From sequence record SRR20825006_20: a DNA stretch of 32,939 nt. One strand, given 5' to 3'. A program made the translations under genes and the position numbers. Below the pieces are notes generated by a model that did not search any database, had not been told where the DNA came from, and was given only the letters and a program-made list of their open reading frames with translations. This document shows positions 1 to 9,005 of the stretch, in pieces. Within the stretch, counting starts at the first letter, position 1. Each line of letters starts with the position of its first letter.

Positions 1-100
1 CGCTAAAAAAGCCGTACGCGCCGGTATGAGCGATTTTGACCAACTGACCAATCCTGATCTACACAGTAACAACCGTAGTATGATCGCGATTGGAGGTTAG
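1..100 (+). CDS. 3' end of a CDS entering from the left edge (partial, product unknown)
   Basis: Frame from base 2 reads AKKAVRAGMSDFDQLTNPDLHSNNRSMIAIGG then TAG at 98-100, converging on the glycogen synthase stop at 104. Too short to assign a family. Confidence 0.55.
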   Translation, partial: AKKAVRAGMSDFDQLTNPDLHSNNRSMIAIGG

Positions 101-103
101 ACT

Positions 104-1639
104 TTAGTACGTATAGAGTTTGTCGTAGTATTTTTTTACCGAATCTTCCCAAGAGAAACGCACTGCTTTTGCCTTTCGGCGCATAACGCCCCAGCGTTTA
201 CGATCATTTTGAAATACCTCTATACAATGTGCAAAAGCTTTCACCATATTAGTCACCGTCTCATCGATGTGCGACCCGTAAAAAGCAAAACCATCTACCC
301 CATCCCGCACGGTATCAATGAGTCCGCCTGTGTGATGCACTAAACAGAGAACACCATTGCGCATCGCGAGCATTTGGCTAATGCCGCAAGGCTCAAAAAG
401 ACTTGGCATAAAATATAAATTAGACTCCAGATAAATAGAATCTATGATGTCTTCAGATTGGCCATTTATGAAAATAAAATTGGCGTGCTCATAGCTAATA
501 TCGCGCATCAAACGCTCATATTCCGGCTCGCCGGTACCTAGAAGGATAAAAATACCATTCTGAGATTCCAGATGGGTTAAAATAGCCTTTAGCGCTTCGG
601 GATTACGTTTGAAGAAATAAAACTTTTGCTCGGTCATACGGGCTACGCTAGACGCCACAAAGCTAGGTGGGTTCAAAAGAAGATGTACTACTTTTTCTCC
701 TGTATTCGCTAAAATATCAGACTTGTATTTTTTTGATTCTTCCTGAATCCATTTAAAGATTTGAACGAGAATATTGGCGTAAAGATTCCCTTTTTTTGCT
801 ACGCGCATATTTTTATAGTTCACACCATTCAAAATGCCGTGCAGTCTACCTTCGGCAAAAGCTGTGCGTAAATCTTCTTCAAGGCCTTCTCCCCCAATAA
901 ATTCCGGCTTGTGACTGGGTCTCATAATGTCTTGCATATAAGACGGACTCACCGTGTGCACTTTATCGGAAAGGCGAATTCCCACCGCCATCAGATTAAT
1001 GCAGTCATTATATCTGGGATCTTTCACTTTATCATACTCGTAGCCCAGCTCTGGAAAAAAATTATTGATAGACGCAAAATTATTATTCAAAGGTCTAATC
1101 CCTTGTAAACTCAGATTGTGAATACTGTAAACAAATTTGCTGTCTTTTAATATCGTGAAATCTTGATGAAAAGCTCTATGAAATAACAGTAACGCCGTGT
1201 GCCAATCGTGTAAATGCACGACATCAATATGGTCAAATAAATTTTGTTTTACCGCCTGTGCTACTGCAGTATTAAAAATAAAATACTTTACGGCATCAGT
1301 AAAAAAAGGTTCTTCCGGGTCGTCATTATAAATATGTGCGATATTTCCCTCAACGATTTCCGGGTGGTCAATGACATAATGTGTAATCCCCGGAATTTGC
1401 TTTTTGGGTTCAACCTCATAAATTGAAGCGAGTGTTGCTTCTCCTCTGATATTGAATTTTAATTCTGTGATAAGTCGGCCGTTTTTGTGCAAACGGTTAT
1501 ACGCAGGCACAACAACGTGAACCTGATCGCCGCTTGCGGCAATCTGTCTGGGAACATCGCGTACAACGTCTGCCATACCACCGGCTTTACAATGAGCTAA
1601 AGCGTCATTTTCGGCACAAACAAATAAAAAATTTTTCAT
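104..1639 (-). CDS. glgA: Glycogen/starch synthase (GT5)
   Basis: N-terminal KAGGMADV (KxGGxxDV), HLHDWHT, SIHNL, TVSPSY, GILNG, and C-terminal MPSLFEPCGISQMLAM...TGGLIDTV motifs of GT5. Confidence 0.9.
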   Translation of the reverse strand: MKNFLFVCAENDALAHCKAGGMADVVRDVPRQIAASGDQVHVVVPAYNRLHKNGRLITELKFNIRGEATLASIYEVEPKKQIPGITHYVIDHPEIVEGNIAHIYNDDPEEPFFTDAVKYFIFNTAVAQAVKQNLFDHIDVVHLHDWHTALLLFHRAFHQDFTILKDSKFVYSIHNLSLQGIRPLNNNFASINNFFPELGYEYDKVKDPRYNDCINLMAVGIRLSDKVHTVSPSYMQDIMRPSHKPEFIGGEGLEEDLRTAFAEGRLHGILNGVNYKNMRVAKKGNLYANILVQIFKWIQEESKKYKSDILANTGEKVVHLLLNPPSFVASSVARMTEQKFYFFKRNPEALKAILTHLESQNGIFILLGTGEPEYERLMRDISYEHANFIFINGQSEDIIDSIYLESNLYFMPSLFEPCGISQMLAMRNGVLCLVHHTGGLIDTVRDGVDGFAFYGSHIDETVTNMVKAFAHCIEVFQNDRKRWGVMRRKAKAVRFSWEDSVKKYYDKLYTY

Positions 1640-1944
1640 TTACAGAATTAAAAATAGTTGGTTACTTATCTGAAAAACAGATTTATAACAGCAAAATACT
1701 TTGACAATATTAATCGCAAAACCCACGATTTTAATATGCTCAATTAACCATAATCTGTTCGATTTTAAACAGACCGTATACTTTACTGATGCTCTAAAAA
1801 TATTGTATAACTATGTAAATAACCGTGAATTATACATTTAATATTCTTAAAAGCTTGTGAAAGTTTTAGCGCTGCGCTATTCCGTAAGTGGTTTTAACGA
1901 AACACTAATACCTGCTGTTAAAATTTGACCGTAAATTTCAACTT

Positions 1945-3717
1945 ATGAAAGCTAACCATATCCTTCTCCTCTTTATTCTATTGTTAAATTTTAAGGGCTT
2001 CGCTCAAGATTCTACAAATGCAAAATCTGGTGCCAATCTACCCGATAGTGAAGCTACCGTTCCTAAAGATGGAGCCTTTTTGCCTAACGCTATTCAAGAA
2101 TATAATGAAGCCTATTATGTGATCAATAGGTTGAATATGCCTAACGGACTACCGCCTAACAAACTGAATTTTCAGTCTCCACAAGCAACCCTTGAGCATT
2201 TTATCAGCAGTGCTCGCAATAATAATTTTAAGGAAGCATCTTATGCACTCAACTTTAATTTGCTTCCCAATAATCTTACACAGGAAGAAGCCTCTACGCT
2301 AGCTGAAAAGCTATATTTCGTGCTCAATCAACGTGTTAAAATCGATTGGGGCGGACTATCTGATCGCCCTGATGGTCAGATAGATATTAGCACAACCACT
2401 AACCAAGCAATCGCCGGTAAACCAATGCGAAGTATTGTGTTTGGTGAGATTGATCTTGAGGGCAAAGATGTTGTTTTGCGACTGCAACGGGTGAAGTATA
2501 AAGAGTTTGGTGCGTTTTGGCTCATTTCATCAAATACTGTGGAAAATATAGACGGCCTGTATGAGACCTATGGCCCTCGAGAGCTAGATCGTATGATGCC
2601 AGATTGGGCACGCGTACGCTTTTTAAATATGCCGGTGTGGAAAGTCGTGGGGACCTTTATTCTTATCGTGCTCAGCTATTTTCTTGGGAAAGTTAGCTTA
2701 ATATTCTTTAGAAGACTTTTTAGAAAATCTGAAAAAGCCTGGGTCAATACCATAGCTAAAAGGCTTGCAACACCTGCAGGTTGGGCCATCGGCGTGATTT
2801 TCTTCTACATCGCTTTGAATAAATTGATTTCATTTGGTGGAACGTTTGCCAGTACGTTGTACGCCATTTTGCTTATAGCAGTGATCCTATCAATTACGTG
2901 GTTTATTATGCGCTTTATTGATTCTTTTATGGTGTATGTTGCCGAAACCAAAATTGGCGATGCCAATCCCGAAGAAAATAACGAAGCCCGGATGATGATG
3001 ACTTATATTTCGGTGGCGCGCAGGGTAATCACTTTTGTGGTGATCATTGTGGGGATCTCAGTAATCCTTTCCCAATTTAGATCTTTAGAGAAATTAGGAA
3101 TTTCCCTCATTGCTTCTGCGGGTCTTGCAACCGTGATTTTAGGGGTTGCGGCACAAAGTACCCTAGGAAATATCATCGCCGGAATTCAGATCGCCATAAC
3201 TCGTCCCGCGCGCATAGGAGACACGGTGATCATTGAAGACGATTGGGGTTATGTTGAAGACATTCGGTTTACGTATATGGTAGTTCGTACTTGGGATTTA
3301 CGGCGCTTGGTTGTGCCCTTAAAAAACATTATTTCAAACACCTTTGAAAACTGGTCGATGACCAGTGCACATCAAGTGCGCCCTATAATCCTTTATGCGG
3401 ATTATGAAATTGATGTGGATTTAGTTCGTAATAAATTTGAAGAACTTTTAGAAGCCGAAGAAGACTGGGATCGAGATACTCCGCCCACCGTTCAAGTCGT
3501 TGGTGTTACCGAAAATGCGTTGGAATTAAGAGCACTGTGTAGCTCTAAAGACGCTTCTACCACTTGGGATTTGCATTGTAGATTACGCGAAAAGCTCATA
3601 AAATACATTTGCAGCTTAGAAAACGGGAAACACCTTTCAAAATCGCGTATTCAATTTGAAAACACGCTCCCAATCGAACAGTCAAAATCAACAGAGAATT
3701 TAGGTAAAGAAAAGTAG
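1945..3717 (+). CDS. MscS-family mechanosensitive channel with N-terminal signal peptide and periplasmic domain
   Basis: Signal peptide, several TM helices, MscS core ASAGLATVILGVAAQSTLGNIIAGIQI...PARIGDTV...GYVEDIRFTYMVVRTWD. Confidence 0.88.
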   Translation: MKANHILLLFILLLNFKGFAQDSTNAKSGANLPDSEATVPKDGAFLPNAIQEYNEAYYVINRLNMPNGLPPNKLNFQSPQATLEHFISSARNNNFKEASYALNFNLLPNNLTQEEASTLAEKLYFVLNQRVKIDWGGLSDRPDGQIDISTTTNQAIAGKPMRSIVFGEIDLEGKDVVLRLQRVKYKEFGAFWLISSNTVENIDGLYETYGPRELDRMMPDWARVRFLNMPVWKVVGTFILIVLSYFLGKVSLIFFRRLFRKSEKAWVNTIAKRLATPAGWAIGVIFFYIALNKLISFGGTFASTLYAILLIAVILSITWFIMRFIDSFMVYVAETKIGDANPEENNEARMMMTYISVARRVITFVVIIVGISVILSQFRSLEKLGISLIASAGLATVILGVAAQSTLGNIIAGIQIAITRPARIGDTVIIEDDWGYVEDIRFTYMVVRTWDLRRLVVPLKNIISNTFENWSMTSAHQVRPIILYADYEIDVDLVRNKFEELLEAEEDWDRDTPPTVQVVGVTENALELRALCSSKDASTTWDLHCRLREKLIKYICSLENGKHLSKSRIQFENTLPIEQSKSTENLGKEK

Positions 3718-3770
3718 GCTCCCTCAAAGACTAACTTCAAAATATGTAATTCTTTGATTTTATCTAGAGG

Positions 3771-4535
3771 CTACTCTTCTTCATCTAAAGACAATTCCAA
3801 TTCTTCGGAAAATTCAAGAGTGTGAAAAACATTCTGAACATCATCGTCATCCTCAAATTTTTCAGCAAGATTTAAAATTTGCTTTGCCTCTTTATTCGGC
3901 AATTCGATGGTGTTTAATGGAATACGCTGCAATTCGGCATTTTTAGTTTCGATATTCAGTTCTTCAAGATGTTGCGCCATTTTACCAAAATCGGTGAATG
4001 CCGTATAGATCACAAAAACATCGTCGTGATTCTCAAAAGATTCGGCTCCGCCTTCAATCAATTCAAGTTGCAGCAGTTCCCAATCGCGTTCGATAGAAGT
4101 TTTGTCCAACGTAAAAACACCTTTTCGGTCAAATAAAAATTCGAGCGAACCATTGGTTCCTAAACTTCCGCCATTTTTTGAAAAGATAGAACGCACCGAA
4201 GCGATGGTTCGGTTTGTATTATCTGTGGTACACTCAATAAAAAAAGCGATGCCGTGCGGGCCGTAACCTTCAAAGGTCATTTGCTCATAGCTGTCTGCGT
4301 CTGCTCCCGAGGCTTTTTTAATAGCACGGTCTATAGTGTCTTTAGGCATATTGACACCTTTGGCATTCTGGATCGCATTACGCAACGCGGGGTTAGAATC
4401 CGGATCGCCATTTTGGTTATTTTCTTTGATCGCCACCGTGATCTCTTTAATGGCGCGTGTAAATTGTTTCGCGCGCTTTTTGTCTTGGGCTCCCTTTCTG
4501 TGTTTAATATTTGCCCATTTGCTATGTCCTGCCAT
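3771..4535 (-). CDS. yebC: YebC/PmpR family protein
   Basis: Diagnostic MAGHSKWANIKHRKG start, FEGYGPHG, TDNTNRT, DDDDVQNVF motifs. Confidence 0.95.
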   Translation of the reverse strand: MAGHSKWANIKHRKGAQDKKRAKQFTRAIKEITVAIKENNQNGDPDSNPALRNAIQNAKGVNMPKDTIDRAIKKASGADADSYEQMTFEGYGPHGIAFFIECTTDNTNRTIASVRSIFSKNGGSLGTNGSLEFLFDRKGVFTLDKTSIERDWELLQLELIEGGAESFENHDDVFVIYTAFTDFGKMAQHLEELNIETKNAELQRIPLNTIELPNKEAKQILNLAEKFEDDDDVQNVFHTLEFSEELELSLDEEE

Positions 4536-4652
4536 ATAATTTCAATTTTGTATACCTATCAATCTAAAAGATTATCTACGCAGTACAAGTACTTTAACCC
4601 TTTTTTAATGCTTTCTGAATTAAATTGAATCGCGTAACTGAGTTTTTCGGTT

Positions 4653-4660
4653 TACATTTG
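4653..4660 (+). promoter_or_regulatory. Bacteroidota sigma-A -7 element (TACATTTG) for the Crp/Fnr gene
   Basis: Exact TAnnTTTG match ending 5 nt before the ATG at 4666. Confidence 0.55.
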
Positions 4661-4665
4661 AAATT

Positions 4666-5301
4666 ATGAGAGCATTATTAGAACAGCACTACGCACATAT
4701 TTTTGAGCCAAAACTTTTAGATGAAATCGCAAAAGCCGGAATTTTAAAAGAGGTTTCAGAAGGCGAAAAACTTATGGAAATAGGTCAGTATATCACCGCA
4801 ATGCCTTTGTTAGTATCCGGTGCTATCAAGATCTTAAGAGAGGATGCTCAAGGTGATGAACTCCTACTCTATTTTCTTGAAAAAGGCGATACGTGCGCGC
4901 TGACATTATCTTTTAATCGCGGCCAACGAAAAAGCGAAATACGAGCAATCGCCGAACTCGACACGGTGCTTATCATGATTCCTATTCAAAAAATGGAAGA
5001 ATGGAGCTCCAATTACAAATCTTGGCGCAACTTTATTTTTGACAGCTACCAAAATCGCCTGATGGAAATGCTGGATACTATAGACAGTATCGCTTTTATG
5101 CGCATGGACGAGCGGCTTTTACGCTATTTAAGAGACAAACAGAAACTGGTGCAAAGTAATTTTCTGTCAAGTACGCATCAAGATATCGCTTATGAAATGC
5201 ATACCTCTCGCGTGGTGATTTCTCGCTTATTAAAGAAACTTGAATTGGAAGGTCGCATAAAAATACAACGAAACAAAATCGAACTTATAGCATTAGATTA
5301 A
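4666..5301 (+). CDS. Crp/Fnr family transcriptional regulator
   Basis: cNMP-binding-type N-domain (SGAIKILRED..GDELLLYFLEKGDTC) and C-terminal HTH THQDIAYEMHTSRVVISRLLKKLE. Confidence 0.9.
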   Translation: MRALLEQHYAHIFEPKLLDEIAKAGILKEVSEGEKLMEIGQYITAMPLLVSGAIKILREDAQGDELLLYFLEKGDTCALTLSFNRGQRKSEIRAIAELDTVLIMIPIQKMEEWSSNYKSWRNFIFDSYQNRLMEMLDTIDSIAFMRMDERLLRYLRDKQKLVQSNFLSSTHQDIAYEMHTSRVVISRLLKKLELEGRIKIQRNKIELIALD

Positions 5302-6590
5302 AGCTCTAAAGCCTCGCGCATGGCTTTGGCTTTAAGTAAGCACTCTTGATACTCCTTTTCAGGTAAGGCTTGTGCAGTAATTGCGCTTCCAACAGAAAAT
5401 GAGACGTACGGTTTGGCCGCATTATATAAAATACTTCTGATCATCACATTAAAATCAAAATCACCGTTGGGTTCAAAATAACCAATGCTGCCACTGTACA
5501 AGCCACGTTTATGATTCTCTAATTGTTCAATGATATTCATTGCAGAAACCTTAGGTGCACCGGTCATACTTCCCATTGGGAATGCCATTTTTATCAACGC
5601 TACAGGATCTTCATCAGCATCAACTTGAGCGCTGATGGTCGAGATCATCTGATGCACTTGTTTAAAACTGTAAACCTTGCAGAGTTCTTCGACTCTTACG
5701 CTTCCTTTTAAAGCTTTTTTTGAAAGATCATTACGCACTAGATCTGTGATCATAATATTTTCGGTACGCTCTTTAGCATCAGCGGCAAGTTGGCGGGCGA
5801 GAAAAGCATCCTCAGTGGCATTTAAACTGCGTGGTGCCGTACCTTTTATAGGTTGACTGATAAGCTGAGTGCCCCGCTTTGCCAAAAAACGTTCAGGTGA
5901 GGAACATAAAGCAAAATGCGTTTCATTTTTGAAGAAAGCAGCAAATGGAGCTTCAGAAATTGCATTGAGATGTAGAAAGCTCGCAACAGGATCAATTGCA
6001 GCTTCGCTATAAAATTCCTGACAGAAATTAGCCTCATAAATATCGCCGCGTTTGATGTGGTCGAGCATTTTAGAAACCTGCGCACAATAGGCATCTCGGT
6101 TAAACCGCACTTGAATACACGGTTTTTCAGACGCGACTGTATTTTCTATTTGAAATGCTTGATTAAAAACTTTGTCAATATCAGCATCAAGTTCGTTTGC
6201 AAATTCCGGGAGGTATAAGCAGGTAATTTCATTCTTTTTAACCAGCCATAATTTTTTAGGCTGAAAGAAAAACAGATCAGGAAAATCGAGTCCGTCTAAG
6301 TTCTCTGACTTGACTTCTTCCAGTTCATTTTTCAGATCATAAGAAAAGTATCCCAGAAGAAAATCTTGCGTACGTTTTCTAAACGCTTTCAAAGCTTCAA
6401 AAGCGGTTCCGGTAGAAACTTGTAGCGACTCGTGTGCCCCGGCAGCAAACACATAATCGTAAGCGCCGTAAGCATCCACCTGATCGTTTGACAACAGCAA
6501 ACAAGAAACCGGTTCCTGATTTGCCCAGCAAACAAGCTGCTGAAGCAAGGGAAGATCTTGCGGAATTTCTACTGATTTTTCTTTGCGCAT
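5298..6590 (-). CDS. pabB: Aminodeoxychorismate synthase component I / anthranilate synthase component I family (chorismate-binding)
   Basis: GYFSYDL, GDIYEAN, SSPERFL, PIKGT, ENIMITDLVRNDL, FPMGSMTGAPK, RGLYSGSIGY. PIKGT favours PabB over TrpE. Confidence 0.8.
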   Translation of the reverse strand: MRKEKSVEIPQDLPLLQQLVCWANQEPVSCLLLSNDQVDAYGAYDYVFAAGAHESLQVSTGTAFEALKAFRKRTQDFLLGYFSYDLKNELEEVKSENLDGLDFPDLFFFQPKKLWLVKKNEITCLYLPEFANELDADIDKVFNQAFQIENTVASEKPCIQVRFNRDAYCAQVSKMLDHIKRGDIYEANFCQEFYSEAAIDPVASFLHLNAISEAPFAAFFKNETHFALCSSPERFLAKRGTQLISQPIKGTAPRSLNATEDAFLARQLAADAKERTENIMITDLVRNDLSKKALKGSVRVEELCKVYSFKQVHQMISTISAQVDADEDPVALIKMAFPMGSMTGAPKVSAMNIIEQLENHKRGLYSGSIGYFEPNGDFDFNVMIRSILYNAAKPYVSFSVGSAITAQALPEKEYQECLLKAKAMREALEL

Positions 6591-6617
6591 AGCCTTGCGA
6601 AAATACAGTTTAGAAAT

Positions 6618-6643
6618 AAAAAAAACCGCTATTGCTAGCGGTT
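6618..6643 (-). terminator. Intrinsic terminator downstream of the csbD-like gene
   Basis: Perfect 8-bp stem AACCGCTA-TTGC-TAGCGGTT (6624-6643) with an A-run on the + strand, i.e. a U-tract on the - strand transcript, about 25 nt after the stop. Confidence 0.8.
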
Positions 6644-6667
6644 CCTTTTTAATTAATTGTGATCTGC

Positions 6668-6853
6668 TTATTGCTTATCGATCCAATCTTTAATTTCTTC
6701 TTTGGTTTTACCGGTTTTTTCTTGAAGTTTTCCAAGCATTTGGTCAAATTTACCTTCAGCATGCTTCGTGTCATCTTCAGTCACATCGCCGTACTCTTCT
6801 TTAAATTTTCCTTTTACTTGTTTCCATTTTCCTTCTAATTGATCAGAATTCAT
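6668..6853 (-). CDS. CsbD/YjbJ family general stress protein
   Basis: MNSDQLEGKWKQVKGKFKEEYGDVTEDD...GKLQEKTGKTKEE pattern typical of CsbD. Confidence 0.9.
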   Translation of the reverse strand: MNSDQLEGKWKQVKGKFKEEYGDVTEDDTKHAEGKFDQMLGKLQEKTGKTKEEIKDWIDKQ

Positions 6854-6969
6854 AGCTTTATAGTTTTTGTAATTAATACTATTTAAAAGTACAGATTAAT
6901 TACCCCGGCCTAGCACAAGAAAAACCTAAGGTTTATGCGGGTTACGTTAAAAATGTCTAAATTCAATTT

Positions 6970-7512
6970 ATGAAAAAAACCATACTCCTTTTTACGCTTC
7001 TTCTTGCAATTATTTCTTGTAAAGACACCCCTAAAGAAACTGCGCAAGCTGCGCCTGTTTCTTTGGATGCTACTTACTATTTAATTCGACACGCTGATAA
7101 AATGCGAGGCCCTGATGCAGGTTCTGATCCTGAATTAAACGACGCCGGAAAACAACGTGCAAAATTTTGGGCTGAAGAATTAAGTGATGTGGACTTTGAT
7201 GCGGTGTACAGCACCGATTATAAGCGTACCCTAGCCACTGCTCAGCCAACTGCAGAAGCACAAGCGTTAAACGTTAAATTATATGATCCTACGCATTTAT
7301 ATGATGCCGAGTTTCAGCAAGAAACTGCGGGAAAAACGGTATTGGTCGTGGGTCACAGCAATACGACTCCCGCTTTTGTGAATGCTATTCTTGGCGAAAA
7401 CAAATATGACGAGATCGACGACGCTCTGTATGGATATTTATATGTCGTAACCATCAAAAATGGAAGCGCCCAAGTAGAGCTCAAAGATTTTAATGACTGG
7501 TCCGCAGAATAG
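6970..7512 (+). CDS. Histidine phosphatase (phosphoglycerate mutase/SixA-like) lipoprotein
   Basis: Lipobox AIISC, catalytic LIRHA, YSTDYKRT, LVVGHSNT motifs. Confidence 0.85.
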   Translation: MKKTILLFTLLLAIISCKDTPKETAQAAPVSLDATYYLIRHADKMRGPDAGSDPELNDAGKQRAKFWAEELSDVDFDAVYSTDYKRTLATAQPTAEAQALNVKLYDPTHLYDAEFQQETAGKTVLVVGHSNTTPAFVNAILGENKYDEIDDALYGYLYVVTIKNGSAQVELKDFNDWSAE

Positions 7513-7553
7513 CTTTTATCAAGCCTGAAAATTCGTGTTAAGCCCTGCGAATA

Positions 7554-8288
7554 TCATTTGACAGTTACATCTTCTAATTCTATTTTAGAAAGCAAGCTTA
7601 AGCTTCCGGCTGTATATAAGCTATCTAAAGATTGTAACGGCGGAAACTTTTCGGCAGGCTCATAATTGTTATAATCTGCAAAACGTATTCCTTCAACTTC
7701 TCTAATGTTATACGCTTCGCGAAAACGCGTTCCGCCCTCATTTACGTGATAGTTATATGCTAAATAATCTACGGTAAAATCTGTTTTATTGATCCAGTAC
7801 ATATAGGTGTCTTCAAAATCTTCTCCGCCACCTTCTTCGCTAAAAGTTACTTGAACCTCATAATAATGTTTCCCTTTAATAGTAGCCTCACCCATCAATT
7901 GTGGTTTTACCGCTTTGGCATCTAATCCATAAGGTAAAACCGAAAAATAATGAACAGAATTAACACCTCCTGATAATGAAGCGACTAGGCTATCAGAAAG
8001 CGTAACTTCCTGTTTATCAACAAAACGCTTAAAATCGGCATTGGTCAACTGATCTAGGGTATCATTACAAGCAGCATCTGTGCAACGCTCCAACTGAAAC
8101 CTTCCGTTGTTTCTATCTGCTCTATAAAACTTATCTCTAAATTGAAAGGCGATCAAAGAGGTGTCAATCGTTGCGCCACCACTGGTTTCAATAGCTTTTG
8201 CAATTATGCTTTCGGCATTAAGATTTTCAGCAGTTTCACCACACGAAATAATAAATAAGGCTATAGCACCTAGGAGTAATGTTCTCAT
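7554..8288 (-). CDS. Bacteroidota lipoprotein, DUF6503-like
   Basis: Lipobox FIISC; NSVHYF..LPYGL, VTF..EGGGEDFED.YMYWI, DYLAY.Y...GG.RFR, GIRF.DYNNY motifs as recalled for DUF6503. ATG at 8288 preferred over the TTG at 8291. Confidence 0.7.
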   Translation of the reverse strand: MRTLLLGAIALFIISCGETAENLNAESIIAKAIETSGGATIDTSLIAFQFRDKFYRADRNNGRFQLERCTDAACNDTLDQLTNADFKRFVDKQEVTLSDSLVASLSGGVNSVHYFSVLPYGLDAKAVKPQLMGEATIKGKHYYEVQVTFSEEGGGEDFEDTYMYWINKTDFTVDYLAYNYHVNEGGTRFREAYNIREVEGIRFADYNNYEPAEKFPPLQSLDSLYTAGSLSLLSKIELEDVTVK

Positions 8289-8304
8289 CAAATAAATTTT
8301 AAAA

Positions 8305-8312
8305 CAAAATTA
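8305..8312 (-). promoter_or_regulatory. -7 element (TAATTTTG on - strand) for the DUF6503-like gene
   Basis: CAAAATTA on the + strand is an exact TAnnTTTG on the - strand, 16 nt upstream of the ATG at 8288. Confidence 0.5.
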
Positions 8313-8351
8313 AAGTAATTTAAAGCAATAGAACGCCCAATAAGAAATTAG

Positions 8352-8359
8352 TACTTTTG
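8352..8359 (+). promoter_or_regulatory. -7 element (TACTTTTG) for smpB
   Basis: Exact TAnnTTTG 38 nt upstream of the smpB ATG. Confidence 0.55.
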
Positions 8360-8397
8360 TACAGCATAAGCGATAAGCTTACAAGGCAAAAAAATCT

Positions 8398-8862
8398 ATG
8401 AAGCAAGCAAATACAATTAATATAAAAAACAAGAAGGCTCGGTTTGAATACGAGATTTTTGATAAATATACCGCCGGAATAAAACTCGCAGGAACCGAAA
8501 TTAAATCTATTAGAGAAGGAAAAGCGTCTATTGCCGAAAGTTTTTGTGAGTTTCAAGAAGATGAACTTTTTGTGATCAATATGACTATTCAAGAGTATTC
8601 TCACGCGACCTATTTTAATCACAATCCTAAGAGCAGTCGTAAACTTTTACTCAACAGGCGTGAGTTAAATAAATTGCATAAAGAAGTGCGCAATAGCGGT
8701 CTTACGATCGTCCCGCTCAGGCTTTTTATCAACGACCGCGGTCTTGCAAAAATGCAAATCGCCTTAGCTAAAGGTAAAAAATTGTATGACAAGCGGGAGA
8801 CCATTAAGGAGCGCGATACTAAAAAACGATTAGGGCAGATCAAGAAAGCATTTAATAATTAA
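8398..8862 (+). CDS. smpB: SsrA-binding protein
   Basis: NKKARFEY, AGIKLAGTEIKSIR, RKLLL, LAKGKKLYDKRETIK motifs. Confidence 0.97.
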   Translation: MKQANTINIKNKKARFEYEIFDKYTAGIKLAGTEIKSIREGKASIAESFCEFQEDELFVINMTIQEYSHATYFNHNPKSSRKLLLNRRELNKLHKEVRNSGLTIVPLRLFINDRGLAKMQIALAKGKKLYDKRETIKERDTKKRLGQIKKAFNN

Positions 8863-9005
8863 TGCAACAGGCTTAAAGTAGTTGAAGTCTTTATTAGCAC
8901 CACCAAAGGATTTAATACTCTGAGGCTTGCCTGAAAATTGAAATATTGTTTCCTAAAAGTGGTTTGGGCTTTTACCCCAAGAATTATTTACTTGAAACTT
9001 CTTTT

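Noticed and set aside
1640-1944. 305-bp glgA/mscS intergenic region as a riboswitch or sRNA
   Set aside because: AT-rich with only weak short inverted repeats; adequately explained as divergent promoters.
7520-8945. Shared GCCTGAAAATT in two intergenic regions (~7523 and ~8928) as a REP-like element
   Set aside because: Only about 11 nt and two copies in AT-rich DNA, with no convincing conserved hairpin; may be chance.
8863-9005. Possible tmRNA (ssrA) or other ncRNA next to smpB
   Set aside because: The gap is too short for tmRNA and lacks tRNA-like ends.
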